A stretch of DNA of 64,000 nucleotides from Antedon mediterranea (GCF_964355755.1 NC_092670.1:36878388-36942387), one strand, 5' to 3'; shown: positions 33,061 through 61,088, counted from the stretch's first letter. Notes: a model not told the origin generated them from the letters alone. Numbers and translations: made by a program.

Positions 33061-35126
33061 GTCTGGTGATGCAGAGTATCTGAAACGACAACATTTCCAT
33101 TTGCGAGCACTGCGATATCTTCTGGAGTACCGATACTAGCTTCAACATCATTGCCAAATATGTATCTATGTTCCATTCTTGGTTCCATAACTATAATTTT
33201 TCTCTGACCTCTATCGACAACCAGAAGATTTCCAGTAGAATCAAACGTTAGCCCTGCAAGTTCCTCAAATCGCTTTACCGGATTCTCTCCTGTTACCTCT
33301 TGTATTTTTTTACCTTCAGGTGTATAAACAAGTATAGAATTTGACATACTATCAGTTGTATAAATGCAATTATGAGGCCCTATAGTTACGTAGAACGGAC
33401 GTGAATTTTTAATGTCAGAACGGAATTCCTGTTTCTTGATTATTGTTTTATCGAACATCACAACACACCCATTAGCACGATCACATATGTAAATATTCTT
33501 TTTAATATCTGTGGTTATTCCCCAGATATCGGAGAATGTCTGCTTCCCGGTTACGTCAAGTACGCCTAAATATTTTCCTCTAGTTGTATAGTGCATCAGT
33601 TGACCCTTTCTAGAAATGCTGATCAACAGACTAGTACCTCCAAATGTGCACACGTCAACGACAGATGGCAGGGGGAACTTCATATATTTTTCACAGTTGA
33701 TGCATTCCAAAGCACTGCCATCGAACGATTGAAATAATTTAACTGCGTTATTACCACAGTCTGCTACGGCAAATATGTCGTCTTTTACGGCTGTAACACC
33801 TTTTGGTACATTGAAATCATCCCGTCCTTTTCCTAGCGTCCCAATTCTCAATTTTAGGTCTGCATTAGAATAAGACAATGAGGATTGTATAAGGTGGTCT
33901 CTATGAATTGATGATCTAGTTTTCCTAATAGCACCAGATTGAGCAGGCTCCTTTGAATCCACTAGACTGTCGAGTGAAGTCCCGGAAATGCCACTATCAC
34001 TAGCCCCACTGTCACTCAAAGCACTATCACTTGAAGGGTGACGTCGTAAGTAGTTAATTCCCTCGACTCTTAGATTAGAAATATTGTGTACGTGTATATT
34101 AGCAGGAACATGTGATAATATTCTATTCGTACGAACATTTACCATTTGCTCTGCTGGTTCTGACGTCACAATAACTTCTGGTACTGACGGTATGACATCT
34201 TCAGATACGACCTCTTCCGCAATATCTGTACTTGTCGTACTAGCGGGCTCTACAATGATTTTACCATACGTATTTATATTAGCCTTTAACCTTTTCTTAG
34301 GAGCGGATCTATCAATAAACACAATAACTTTTGGAACCCTTGATCTTGAAGTTTTCGCTCTTCGAAACATTTCTATAAAATCAGACGACGTAGAAATGAA
34401 TCTTTCCATTTTTGACATATTTTCTTCTGTATTTCTTTCAGAAAGAACATTTCTAGCCTCTATACAAAACGCTTTGATTTGTTCAATTTCTTTCTGACTC
34501 TCGCGGAACTGTGTGTTTAGAATTTCTATCTCGCTACGTTCTAACGTATCTATTTGTTCAAACAGATTTTCCTGCCTATTTCTAACTAAGGAAAGTAACT
34601 CTTCCATTCTTTCCGTGATACTTAATTTTACCCTTCTACCACTTTTAACTAAATTTTGAATATCCCCCTCGATTCTACTCAGAATATCATGGTATATTTC
34701 TTCGGAGGTCTCAAGAATGTTAAGCTGCTCAACAAGCATTGCCATAACAGCATCTTCATTAATAACTTCATCGTCACCATCAGCACTTGTAGGCCTACCA
34801 CCATAAAAGACTGCCGTCTCGTCCACTTTCGGACTTGCCGACTGGGGCATGTAATACGTATCCGCACACACAGCAATTTCCTTAAGTTGCAGGTTAACAG
34901 GAAACAGACGAGTCCATTCTTTTGGTATCTTATGCAGCGTACCACAATCAGCGCAAGTGAGAACCCCAGTACGCCGACTCCTCTCGATGCATTTGTTGCA
35001 CACTGTGTGTTGACATGGTAACGTGCGTTGTACGCGTTGATATGATTGACAGGAGGAACAATCTAGAAGTAGTAGTAGTGTGACTCGAATGGAAGCTTCA
35101 ACATTTTCTTCTGCAGCTGACGTCAT
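33048..35126 (-). CDS. TRIM-NHL-like E3 ubiquitin ligase (RING + coiled coil + NHL propeller), uninterrupted CDS
   Basis: RING CSSC..LPCQHTVCNKC..CADC followed by FPVN; coiled coil; NHL repeats FNVPKGV, ADCGNNAVKLF, ICDRANGCV, VVSDTLHH. ATG 35126 preferred (ORF is open from 35216). Probable 5' UTR intron ~35241-36908. Confidence 0.88.
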   Translation of the reverse strand: MTSAAEENVEASIRVTLLLLLDCSSCQSYQRVQRTLPCQHTVCNKCIERSRRTGVLTCADCGTLHKIPKEWTRLFPVNLQLKEIAVCADTYYMPQSASPKVDETAVFYGGRPTSADGDDEVINEDAVMAMLVEQLNILETSEEIYHDILSRIEGDIQNLVKSGRRVKLSITERMEELLSLVRNRQENLFEQIDTLERSEIEILNTQFRESQKEIEQIKAFCIEARNVLSERNTEENMSKMERFISTSSDFIEMFRRAKTSRSRVPKVIVFIDRSAPKKRLKANINTYGKIIVEPASTTSTDIAEEVVSEDVIPSVPEVIVTSEPAEQMVNVRTNRILSHVPANIHVHNISNLRVEGINYLRRHPSSDSALSDSGASDSGISGTSLDSLVDSKEPAQSGAIRKTRSSIHRDHLIQSSLSYSNADLKLRIGTLGKGRDDFNVPKGVTAVKDDIFAVADCGNNAVKLFQSFDGSALECINCEKYMKFPLPSVVDVCTFGGTSLLISISRKGQLMHYTTRGKYLGVLDVTGKQTFSDIWGITTDIKKNIYICDRANGCVVMFDKTIIKKQEFRSDIKNSRPFYVTIGPHNCIYTTDSMSNSILVYTPEGKKIQEVTGENPVKRFEELAGLTFDSTGNLLVVDRGQRKIIVMEPRMEHRYIFGNDVEASIGTPEDIAVLANGNVVVSDTLHHQTLIF

Positions 35127-36407
35127 AACTCTAATGGTCAATATGTTGTAACCTTGATAGTTTAACTTTAACAACTTCAACCCGATGTACGCAATTATCA
35201 AATCAACGACTATCATAGCAAATGCTGGTTGAAGATAAGTCTACAAAAATATAAAAAAAATTGAGTAAGCAAGTCGCATAGAAAACAAGTTTTCTTCTTT
35301 TTTTTAGCGCTTGGACGCAACGTAACTTACGAGGCGCAACGCAAGTGAGTTGATCACAAACGACAGTTCGGTTGATCTCATCGAGTCGTGATTGGCACAC
35401 ACAACCTGTACTTTTATAGCACGCTACGTAATGTTGCGTCCGAGTGGGAACCAAGATAAATAATAACATAGTCGCTAAAGTTTGTTTTTTCTTTGCTCCA
35501 TACAACCCGCGAGATGAAGGGCACGTAAATTTGACTCACAAAACGATGGACTACCAAACTGTGCGCTTTAGGCTACCGCGTTGAACTGCGTTGCGTCAGC
35601 GGAACAAAGCTTTTATCTGTGGACTCCAAATGAGATAGAATGTAAGTTCAAAAAATTAGACAAAAGATGTTCTGTGCATGCTTGAATCGATATCGCGGAT
35701 GGCGAAATCCTCATATCAGACCCGAGGCATAGTCCTACTCATTACAAACTTCTCTATTAACTATTCTTGTTATATTTAGTTTATGTAAGGGTTATTAAAG
35801 CCTTTTAAAAACACATCATTTGTGTTCTTTGTAGATTCAATTTTTCTCCCATATTTGTTTACATTATTATGTTGATATTGCCATGCCCGCAGCCCTGATC
35901 CAGTTTTCAAGGTCCGACTACAACAGTCACCAAAATGGTCCTTTTTTAGCAATTCTTAGTATCTGGGTAAAGATAATAATAATATTGTCCACCTGAAAAT
36001 GATTCAATTTTTGTTGTTGAATATATGCTTCTTTTTGACCAAAAGTTGGATCGATTTACCTGAAAAAACTATAATTTAAAGCCAAAAAATATACCAGTTT
36101 AATTTAAAAGAGTTTTTTATTTTATTTTTGTTAATTTGTTTTCCGTGGTTTTTTTTTACGGAAGTGATTAACTTTATTAAACTACAAAATAACCTATTTC
36201 AAAGTCTGATTTTCATGTTTTTTGGGGGACAATCTTTAAGCTGATTAAGATGATCCTCAGGGCAAAATAAATAGAATGTAAGGTTACGATTATTAATATT
36301 GTTTATTTATTTTTATTAATATAATTTTTCTAAAAGGTTATAAACTCTGAAAACATAATTTGCCACAAAAAACGTAAGCAGGTAGAAATTAATGGACGAG
36401 TCCTACC

Positions 36408-36429
36408 GGGGATTTTCCCCATGACGTCA
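36408..36429. promoter_or_regulatory. kappaB-like site adjacent to a perfect CRE; second kappaB-like site at 37386-37396
   Basis: GGGGATTTTCCCC directly followed by A-TGACGTCA; GGGAATTTCCC upstream of the putative TRIM first exon. Confidence 0.4.
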
Positions 36430-37822
36430 CAGATCTATATATGATTTTGGTAGAATTGTTAGCGTTCAAAATAACTTGGAAATTACACCATGATTATAAA
36501 TAGGCCTATGTAATTTTAAAGATTGAGTAATTCATGGAACATATATATAAATTATATTACGGTATGGGTTTAAAAAAAAATGATTTTAAAATTAGTCACA
36601 CCTAAAACCTAGGCCTAAAGTATGTGGGTTTTTACAGAAAGTTATTTTCAAAGCTTACCCTGGGATTAGTCCAGGGTTGAGGTCAATAATTTACTTAAAA
36701 TTCCATCCAAAACTAATTGTGTACAATATATAGTAGGTATCTAACCAAATGGATGTGAGCTGTAAATACAAGCTTAAGATGGCTGTTTCCGGCATGAAGT
36801 TGCATTCAATAAACATATTTTTTTAATGATCATGCTTGCTGGCATGAAACTATGTCATTACTGAACAATTTTTATTTATTTGGTCACAGATTTTGTTATC
36901 AAACCTACCTTCAGGTTCTCTGTCATGCAATCCATGGGCACCGTCACGTCATCTCTATGTTACATCTCCATTGCGTTGACGTACGACTAAACGCAGATAC
37001 GGACGCACACAGTGGTTTCGGTCGACTAATCATAGTTCAAACACAACACGTCATGGGAGATTAAATAGGCCTGTAAAAAGTTATTTTACCAAACGATGCT
37101 TATTTTTATGAGGTTTATGGACCAAATCAAACGGTCATTTTACAATATCCATATGCCTAATATAATAAACGTTTAAAAAAATAATCATTGCTATTTTAAA
37201 CAATTATAAATGTCGATTATTTTATTAAGACCAATTCTTAATTTTCTACAAATTTATGATTTTTCAGGTTATGAAGTTAACAATTTCTTAGTTTTTAGTT
37301 GAAACATTAGAGGAAGCCAATTTAATCATTAAACGGAAATAACTATGCACCACGTAAATCTCTAGTACAGTAGGCCTACATACATGGGAATTTCCCAGTG
37401 CGTGCGTATTTTTTTTTCTCACCTTCATATCTTATTTCTGAATCATGAGCGAAAAGTACCCAACCGTAACGTCATTAAGAGTAGATTATATGCATAATTT
37501 TGTGACACGGTCTTTAAAGCCTTTTGGCCACAAAGCTTTTGATAAAAATGTGCATTATAGTATAATTTCATAACTGTATATTTTTTTTATGGCATCTGCT
37601 TATCTTAAGCAAATCAAACTTTATGTGACAAAAAATGTGATGAGCCCATAAATGGACATGATGATGTCATATAGATAGAACTTTTTAAACAGATTTGTCC
37701 TGTACACAGTAATGATTTTTACAGAAACAAAGACAGAGTAATGAGAAACACAATCATGTATTTATTTGGAATTGTTAGTTATTAAAGTTTAAAAAAATAA
37801 ATTATTATTAATTATTGTTTTT

Positions 37823-38944
37823 TCAATCAGTACAAATATTGTTATACCATTTAAGAGTCTCTTCTAAGCTCTCATTAAACATTAAAGATGGCTCGCCGCT
37901 CTGTATAGTTCTTGGATCAAATATTTCATCCAAGGAAAGATTAGATATTGTAGAACTACAGGTACTATCATTTGTTGGGTCTGGTAAAGCATCCAAATCT
38001 CCCGTGTTGATCATCAACTGTAAAAATTGACCGCGTTGAATTACAGGTAAAGTGATTTCACCAGTGACGTCATCGACAAGGAACAGTAAACCTGATGTGG
38101 TGTTAGACTGAATCAGTCTCAGTGAACCAGATTGCGATGTATCTTCATTTAAAACCGGTAATGTAGGGTTGTTTAAAGTTTGTAAAGCTGATGGTCCATC
38201 TGTTAACGTTGTGTTTTGATCCTTATCTTGCAGATCATTTTCAGACTCCGCAATCATTTGTCTAATCTCCCCGGACGGATTAGTACCACCTATCTGTGAA
38301 TCAATTTTCGAACTTGACTTTTCCAGGGCCAAATATTTGTCACAATTAAAGTGCTTAATTGTTCTTTTATTCAATGATTTTTTTGTATCAGAATTAGTTT
38401 TTTCCGAGTGACATTTCAACATGTGTATTTTTAAATTAGACCCTTGATTGAAGCCATAGCCGCAAACATTACATTTATACGGCCGTGTGTTTGAATGAAC
38501 ATTCATATGGCTCGTCAGGTTTCCCTTTTGAACAAAATCTCTACCGCATATATTACATTTGAAGTTCTTAGTTTTTGCATGGATCGCCATGTGGGTTCTC
38601 AATGATGATGCTCGCGAGAACTGTTGTCGGCAAAGACTGCAAGAAAACAGTTTTTCTTCTTTGTGAGTGGCGTTGTGATGATTCAGAGTGCTTTGCAATT
38701 TGAATGTTTTATTGCAGACTGAACAAGCAAACTTCCTTTCACCAGTGTGTACGACTGAGTGACGTTTTAGAAGGTATGGTTGTTTAAATGATTTATTACA
38801 TTTTTCACAATGAAAAGTCTTTCTGCTGTCTGTTTGTTTGACACTGCCTTCCGTTTCCATTGTTTGTTTCTTTATTGAAGTAATTTCAGGACTTTCATTT
38901 GATAATGAACTTGTAATATATTGAACAGCATCACACTCATTAGC
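37823..38944 (-). CDS. C2H2 zinc-finger protein (5 tandem fingers)
   Basis: Five C-x2-C-x12-H-x3/4-H fingers with TGERKF and NTRPY linkers. Exon acceptor at 38944, in frame with ATG 38860; the true start may be 38860 or lie in an upstream exon. Confidence 0.88.
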   Translation of the reverse strand, partial: ANECDAVQYITSSLSNESPEITSIKKQTMETEGSVKQTDSRKTFHCEKCNKSFKQPYLLKRHSVVHTGERKFACSVCNKTFKLQSTLNHHNATHKEEKLFSCSLCRQQFSRASSLRTHMAIHAKTKNFKCNICGRDFVQKGNLTSHMNVHSNTRPYKCNVCGYGFNQGSNLKIHMLKCHSEKTNSDTKKSLNKRTIKHFNCDKYLALEKSSSKIDSQIGGTNPSGEIRQMIAESENDLQDKDQNTTLTDGPSALQTLNNPTLPVLNEDTSQSGSLRLIQSNTTSGLLFLVDDVTGEITLPVIQRGQFLQLMINTGDLDALPDPTNDSTCSSTISNLSLDEIFDPRTIQSGEPSLMFNESLEETLKWYNNICTD

Positions 38945-39439
38945 CTGAAATATAATTTTTTTTAAAGTGTTTACTTTTATTCTAACAAAAAATGTTTTAG
39001 ATTTGCTGTAGGCCTACATAGTTTATAAAAATAGGAGCTGTAGTAACTACAGTATTAGTAAAGACAATACACATTACATTCCCTTCATACAGACTACCTG
39101 AGTAGCCATACACTGTACAGACTACCTGAGTAGCCTGTCTTGTCTGACTCTATATTTAGCTAGTTAGGCGTAGGGTGACACTAGCTAGCTCCAGAGGGCA
39201 AAGCACCCGCTTCCCTCCTCCCTTTATTTAGGCCACCTACTTTGGCTAGGCCTGCCCTGGTCCTGGAGTTTCTGAATACTGGCCTAGCTAGGACCTATGC
39301 CTAGCCTAGCCTATACAAAAATGGTTGTTACTATAATTGCGGATCCCATAATTGCAAAGTAAATAGCTAGAGGGTTAGGCCTAGCCTATTAGTATATAGG
39401 CGTACTGATAATTAAACGAAATATTTGCATAACGTACGT

Positions 39440-39730
39440 TCGTAACTCTAATAGTTAGACAATCAAACCAACCAAAAAAACACGACAAACGATCGCTAAA
39501 TTTAGCATTCGCATTGTATTTCTGAGGCGCAGCGCGACGCATGCGTTATCATGCATCGTAACTCGAGCGAAAAAAGTGAAGCACCCTCTGTTGATACTCT
39601 AGAACAAAAAAACGCATGTGAAACGATTTTTGCGCTTGTTAACCGCGGAGACGTGTGAAGGAGGCCTAGAGAATCGATAGAAAGAGAAATAATTCAACTC
39701 TGTGTAAGAGTAATGCAATAAATCTCAATA
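39440..39730. promoter_or_regulatory. Candidate bidirectional CpG-rich promoter shared by the ZNF gene (-) and EFTUD2 (+)
   Basis: Local CpG cluster (GCGCAGCGCGACGCATGCG), flanked on both sides by CTAG/AGGCCT-rich tracts, with divergent genes on either side. Confidence 0.55.
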
Positions 39731-40385
39731 GGTCTAGTCACAATTTATACGAACGATAAACAGTATTAAAATATAGATATAGGGCTAGGCTAAAAATTAG
39801 AGAAAGACGGCCAGGCCTTAGATTTAGAGTCTAGGCCTAGGCTAGTAGGCCTAGCTAAAAGCTAGGACGGTAGATAGGCTAGCTAGTAGGGGAGGATGAG
39901 TAGACCGCCTTTGCTCCCCTGCTAGGACTTGGACCGCCCTCTCTCGGCCTAGGCTATATTAGTATATACTACAGTAGGTGGTAGGTAACAGTCCACTTAC
40001 AGTTATTCCTATTATTGTTTTGGCACTGACACGTACAGACAGACTGTCAACTGTGCATCCAATTTAAAGTAAAGACGAATTAAAAACATGCACAGTTTTT
40101 AGTATTCCAATAAAATAAGACTATTCTGTGTTACCGCACGAGAAAGACGCATCCCGGTACCGCTACCACTGCTACTAGTACCAGCAGAGTCTAGAGAGCA
40201 TTCCAACTCCCCTTGCTTGACATGAGCTAAACAAGAAGAGTAGAACCATCGTTGGTTGTGACGGATCTAGTGACTATAATAATTTGAATGTGTATGCTAC
40301 TTTTGTTATTATATAGGCCTACATAGATCATGCATTGCTAAAAGCCTAAACTTTCACCAAACCAGAAACAAAATAAGTAACAAAA

Positions 40386-56175
<15,790 letters not shown>

Positions 56176-56977
56176 AAACAAGTTATCAAATTTTCGTGAT
56201 ACATTATTATTCATTAGTGCCAGACAGAGCAATCCAAATTAAATCCTGTTCAGACAGTTCTAACATCATCACCAATTTACAATGCTCAGTATGTGTGAAA
56301 TTTCACAAATTAATAGTTTGTTCTGCTTAAATAAACACACTCATAAAGGCCATGTGTCAATAATGATTTAGATTTAATACAATACTGTATATCTTTAGAA
56401 TGGCTCATATACTGTATTTACAAAAAATCAATATTATCACATCACATACAATGTTGAAACTATTGGAAATCAGCACATGTTTGTTCTAATACAACCCGTC
56501 TGAATAGGGGTTCTAAAATGTAAAGAAACTCTGGTGCCAGTGTAGCATAGCCAAACCTTGTGATGTGATCATGTTTTGTCTTTAATTTAGACTGACATTC
56601 CATTGAAATGATATTCTTATTGCACTGGTCAACAACAATAATTTGTACATTTTTTAATAAGAGAATAAAACAAATCATTTGTATATTGTTGTGTTTGAAT
56701 TTGTCTCCTCCACTGCCTCACCCCGTCCCCTCCGCCAACAAGATACAAGATACATCTTTTCATTTTAGTTACTCCTTTACTGTAAAGGTTCTTCAATATC
56801 ATACCTAATATAAGTTTAGGCATTGTATAATTATTTTGCATTTCTGAAAACCAAATATGAACAATGCACTTACGATGAAGAATTCTAAAATAATGTTGCT
56901 TATCCGAATTTTAGAGAACAACACATATTTTATTTTAAACTAAAATGGCAAAAAAAGCACATAAAAAAATAAAAGGG

Positions 56978-56986
56978 AAAAAAAAA
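56978..56986 (-). terminator. RNA polymerase III oligo-T terminator of tRNA-Thr
   Basis: T9 run on the minus strand immediately after the tRNA 3' end. Confidence 0.8.
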
Positions 56987-56987
56987 G

Positions 56988-57061
56988 AGGCACTGCCCGG
57001 ATTTGAACCGGGGATCTCCTGTTTACTAGACAGGCGCTTTAACCAACTAAGCCACAGCGCC
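56988..57061 (-). tRNA. tRNA-Thr (anticodon AGT)
   Basis: GGCGCTGTGGCTTAGTTGGTTAAAGCGCCTGTCTAGTAAACAGGAGATCCCCGGTTCAAATCCGGGCAGTGCCT: complete 74-nt cloverleaf with intact stems and A/B boxes. Confidence 0.97.
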
Positions 57062-57935
57062 GAGTTATTTGACGGGGTGGATTTTTTGTTATATATTAAT
57101 TTGATGAGAGCTGGAATATTCTATTTTCTGAATAGGAGGTTTTATTATAATTATTAAATTTCAATTCAATGATTTACTTGTGTAATTGAAAATAAGTATA
57201 TAACTAGCACGGTTATAATTAGTACATAATGGTTAAAAATATGGAAAAAATAGATTTGAAATGCAAATTTTGTTGACAAAATTATTGTTGGTGTACTAAT
57301 ATACCCCTTATAGTAAATAGGTCTAACCTATACTAGAAGCTAAAAGTCTTATTGAATCTTGTGGTGTGTGAACGTACTAAAAGTTAGCTAGCTGACAACG
57401 CGGCAGTCACGTTAAAATATATTTGGACAAAAAAAGATAAAAGAAGTGTTTTATTTCATGATGTAGGTGATGTATGTTTATTATTTTATCTAAGAAAAGT
57501 TATTTTGATTACTGTTTGGGTTTACCGTTTATCTCTATAGGAGTCCTAAGAGGAGGCCTCGTCGTCAATTAAATTTAGTTAAGTACATACGGTCGATAGC
57601 CTAACTAAGGCTAACTAGGCCTAACTACTCCCGTCAATTAGTAGTAGTCTAGATAGCTAGAGGTATTCGCCTTGCCCTTCTTAGGTGCTGGTCATCCCTA
57701 CCCTAATATTTGGTCGACTCGTACCCACTTTGGCAAATTCGTACCGGATCCACTTCAAATATTAAATATTGTTGTTAAAAGTGTCATATGATTTATATAT
57801 AGTCCTAGTCTTTTAGTATAAATGTTTAACTTTTCATATAAACCAGAATATAGATCCTAATCATGGAGTAAATAAGAATAATTTACTACTTATATGTCCT
57901 AATTACCTATAAGTAGATCAAATTGGTTGCATAAA

Positions 57936-59475
57936 GGGTCATTCTTCAGTAAGTGTCTAATTTCAGGTTTATAAAAAATCATTTTAAAACTTGCATTTTT
58001 TAAATTTTAAAAGTGTATTCAGATAAATGAACATGTATTACATGGCAAGCGTATGTTTGGCGCAATCTTTATTATATATTTCGTATTTTATTCGCAGTTA
58101 TAAATACATGGTTCCATGTTGCTGTCATATCCGTCACATTAATGGGATATACAAAGATAGAAAAAATAACCGGTTAGGAATTATAAAATTATTTCCATTA
58201 TTAATTCGTTGCGATACTATACAGTATTTTTTTCTCGATTAATAAAAAAAATGATTGTTTTAACATTTATTAGTATGATGTTATACGTTCAAAACCATTT
58301 ACTATTCCAAAAAATAATAAATTTCAGAAAATAGTATGACTGTCCAGTGATGTTTTACAAAATTCTATTTTAATATTACTAACCATTGACATAGTAGAAG
58401 AATATGGTTTATATTTCAATTATACCACATAATTGCGTTAATTACTGAAATAATTTAGGATTTAAAAGGATAAAATATCCATGTGACGGAGATGAAACCG
58501 TGACGGATATGTTGAACCTCAAAAATCATGTGACGGAAACGACTTTTAAGATATGATTTGAATATGTTTATTGACCAGAGTCACATATATAATAATGTAA
58601 TAACATAATAAAGATAAACAAAATGTACAACAAAAAAAGGCCCTGGCAATAACAAAAAGTCATATCCGTCACTGGCCGTCATCTCCGTCACAATGAAACA
58701 TTGGGAAATGTGACGGAGCTGACCGTGACGGATGATGTATTTAGCTTAGGACAGTCCAGGATCACCCCGTAGTAATGTCTGACAGCGGAGACGGAGTACA
58801 TACTTCTAGATACCGTGAATAAATTGTACTTCCAGTTGAAAAAAAAACAAGAAATTATAATTATTTAATGAGTTCTATACCGTTCAGATATGACATTCAA
58901 TAAAGGTACGCAACTGTAATTCTTCTAAAACCTCGTTTTATTGGCTTTTTTCCTCTTTTATTGAAAATGATGTGTGGCTAGTTTTATTTCAATATCTTTG
59001 CATGTTTACAACGCACAATCAATTTTTTTCCCCGTCGTTCAATAAACTGTAGACGGCACATTTAAATTATGTGACGGATATGACACAAAACTGCGGGACA
59101 AGCTTTTTCCAAACATTTAGATTTAATGTATGTAGAGATATATTTTGAAGTTCTAATAAAATCGCATGAAATCATGATTAACTAACTTTTTACAATATTC
59201 TCAATTAACAAAAGTCCTGCTATCAAATATATACGGCGATCATAAAATTGAAGAGGTACAATCGGGACATGAGGTTTTAGGGGGTTGCCTGAAACATTTT
59301 TTTAAAAATTAACAATATCAATGTTATTATCTTTGGTTTATGTACAGTAATTATATTTACAATAATGTTGATTATGATATAAGCCAAGAATTTCGATTTT
59401 TTAATGATGAATTTTCAGTATCTATCCCACCAAAGTATCGGGACATGATTTTAGACACTTACTGAAGAATGACCC
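57936..59475. mobile_element. 1540-bp non-autonomous DNA transposon with perfect 25-bp TIRs and 5-bp TSD
   Basis: ATAAA|GGGTCATTCTTCAGTAAGTGTCTAA...TTAGACACTTACTGAAGAATGACCC|ATAAA. No long ORF; many internal GTGACGGA motifs. Confidence 0.9.
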
Positions 59476-59681
59476 ATAAATATTACTATACTGGGCCTGT
59501 AGGTTGATAGTACTTAGGTACGCGGTACTTAAAATTTTATACTAAATTTTAAATTAGTCGAAATAGCATGGGTTAATGCGAATACACCTGCGTACACAGT
59601 AGCCTTTTGTGCCTGTGTTGACATCATAAGCACTCCGAGCCACTGAGACAGACACACAAAAACTGCTTTCATATCATTTCA

Positions 59682-59802
59682 TTATTTATTCGGTCTATTT
59701 CAATATATACATAACAAAAAAATATGAAATTGGGGAGACCAGGGTCAACCTACTAAGTGAACTTAATCACTGTAGCTAAGCCGGTTGACCCAACCCCAAA
59801 GT
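59682..59802 (-). mobile_element. LINE 3' end remnant with stem-loop, related to 155-287
   Basis: Minus strand ACTTTGGGGTTGGGTCAACC...ACAGTGATTAAGTTCACTT...GGTTGACCC...CCCC, then a T-rich tract and AATAAATAAT. Confidence 0.55.
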
Positions 59803-61088
59803 CAGTTTACACATAAAACACAGAAAACAGTTGAAGCCGATCAAAATGAATGAGTTAGGTTGCGTATCAACAAGCTTGCCTTAAAACCAATTTCCCTTTA
59901 ATACTCTGCTGCTATTAGCAATTAATTCCTATTGATATGTAAAGCTAAAACAAAATGGACATTTTAGTTTGTATATATTTATGTTAATAATTATTCATGT
60001 CAAATTATTTCTATTGTGCTATACAAATAATGAGCAATGCGGACACAATTTCAAATTGCACAGTGATTTTATAAAAATTCTACAGTTATGCATCATATTT
60101 GTCGTATTCAATTTAGACTTTCACCGTTGAGTACAGTTTTTCCGTTGAGTACTTCTTTAACGGAGTATTTTGAGAGTTGAGATTGTTCTTAACGAAAAAG
60201 CTTTTGTTGTCAACGTTTTCTATTCGCATGACTTTCTGTTGAGCACAAATTTACAATTCGAATACAAAAAGTACTCAACGAATCTTTACGTTGACAACGA
60301 AAGTTCCCAATCGATTATGACAAATGCCATGTGGAAAAATCATGAACCATTACTGCCCTTTTGTAGTATCAGTTTAAACAGTATTATTCATTATTGATTG
60401 GTATAATTTGTCATTCTAGAAGGCAAATATTGAAGTTCTTTACTGTATGTCTATTATAAGTCACCATATGTTACCAAAGAGAACAATTACCAATGTGTGT
60501 TGTATTGATGGTCGTTTCATTTCCAAGCTTTTAATTTAGTCTCTGGAAATCTGTCAATTTGTCAACAGATGGAAGGATTTTAATAAGTCCAACATTCTGC
60601 CCTACAACATGTTGATGCCCTTTGGATAGTTAACTAATATATTTTGCAATACATTTCCTTAAGATGTATTTTGTCCTTTAAAAACCTGAAAAATAAAGAT
60701 TAATAAAATCAGACTTTGAATTGGCCATTTGCAGTTTTAATAAAGTTATTCACTTCTGTAGAAAAAAATCAACAAAAATAATGATTTCATTTATAAAAAG
60801 ACAAAAAAAACGGCTAATTTTAACCAAAAACCATTGCTGACAAGACAATTTAGTTATTTTTTTTAAATCCCATTTTTCAGGGAAAACTTTTTATTTTTTT
60901 TTGATCCAGTTTTTGGTCAAAGTGAAGAAATATTATGTGATATTAAAATAGCATATTTAAGAAAAATATGTACAGTAGTCTAGAACAATTTTTTGTAGGT
61001 GGATAATATATCTTTAAAATAAAAGTGTTTGTAATTATAATAAATTTTCTTTTTTGCAGGTTAATAAGACGTTTGCCAATTCTCCACC

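Noticed and set aside
34084-35021. Plus-strand ORFs of 137 and 121 aa
   Set aside because: Antisense to the TRIM CDS; no independent features.
56945-57157. 70-aa ORF
   Set aside because: Antisense reading of the tRNA-Thr gene and poly-A flank.
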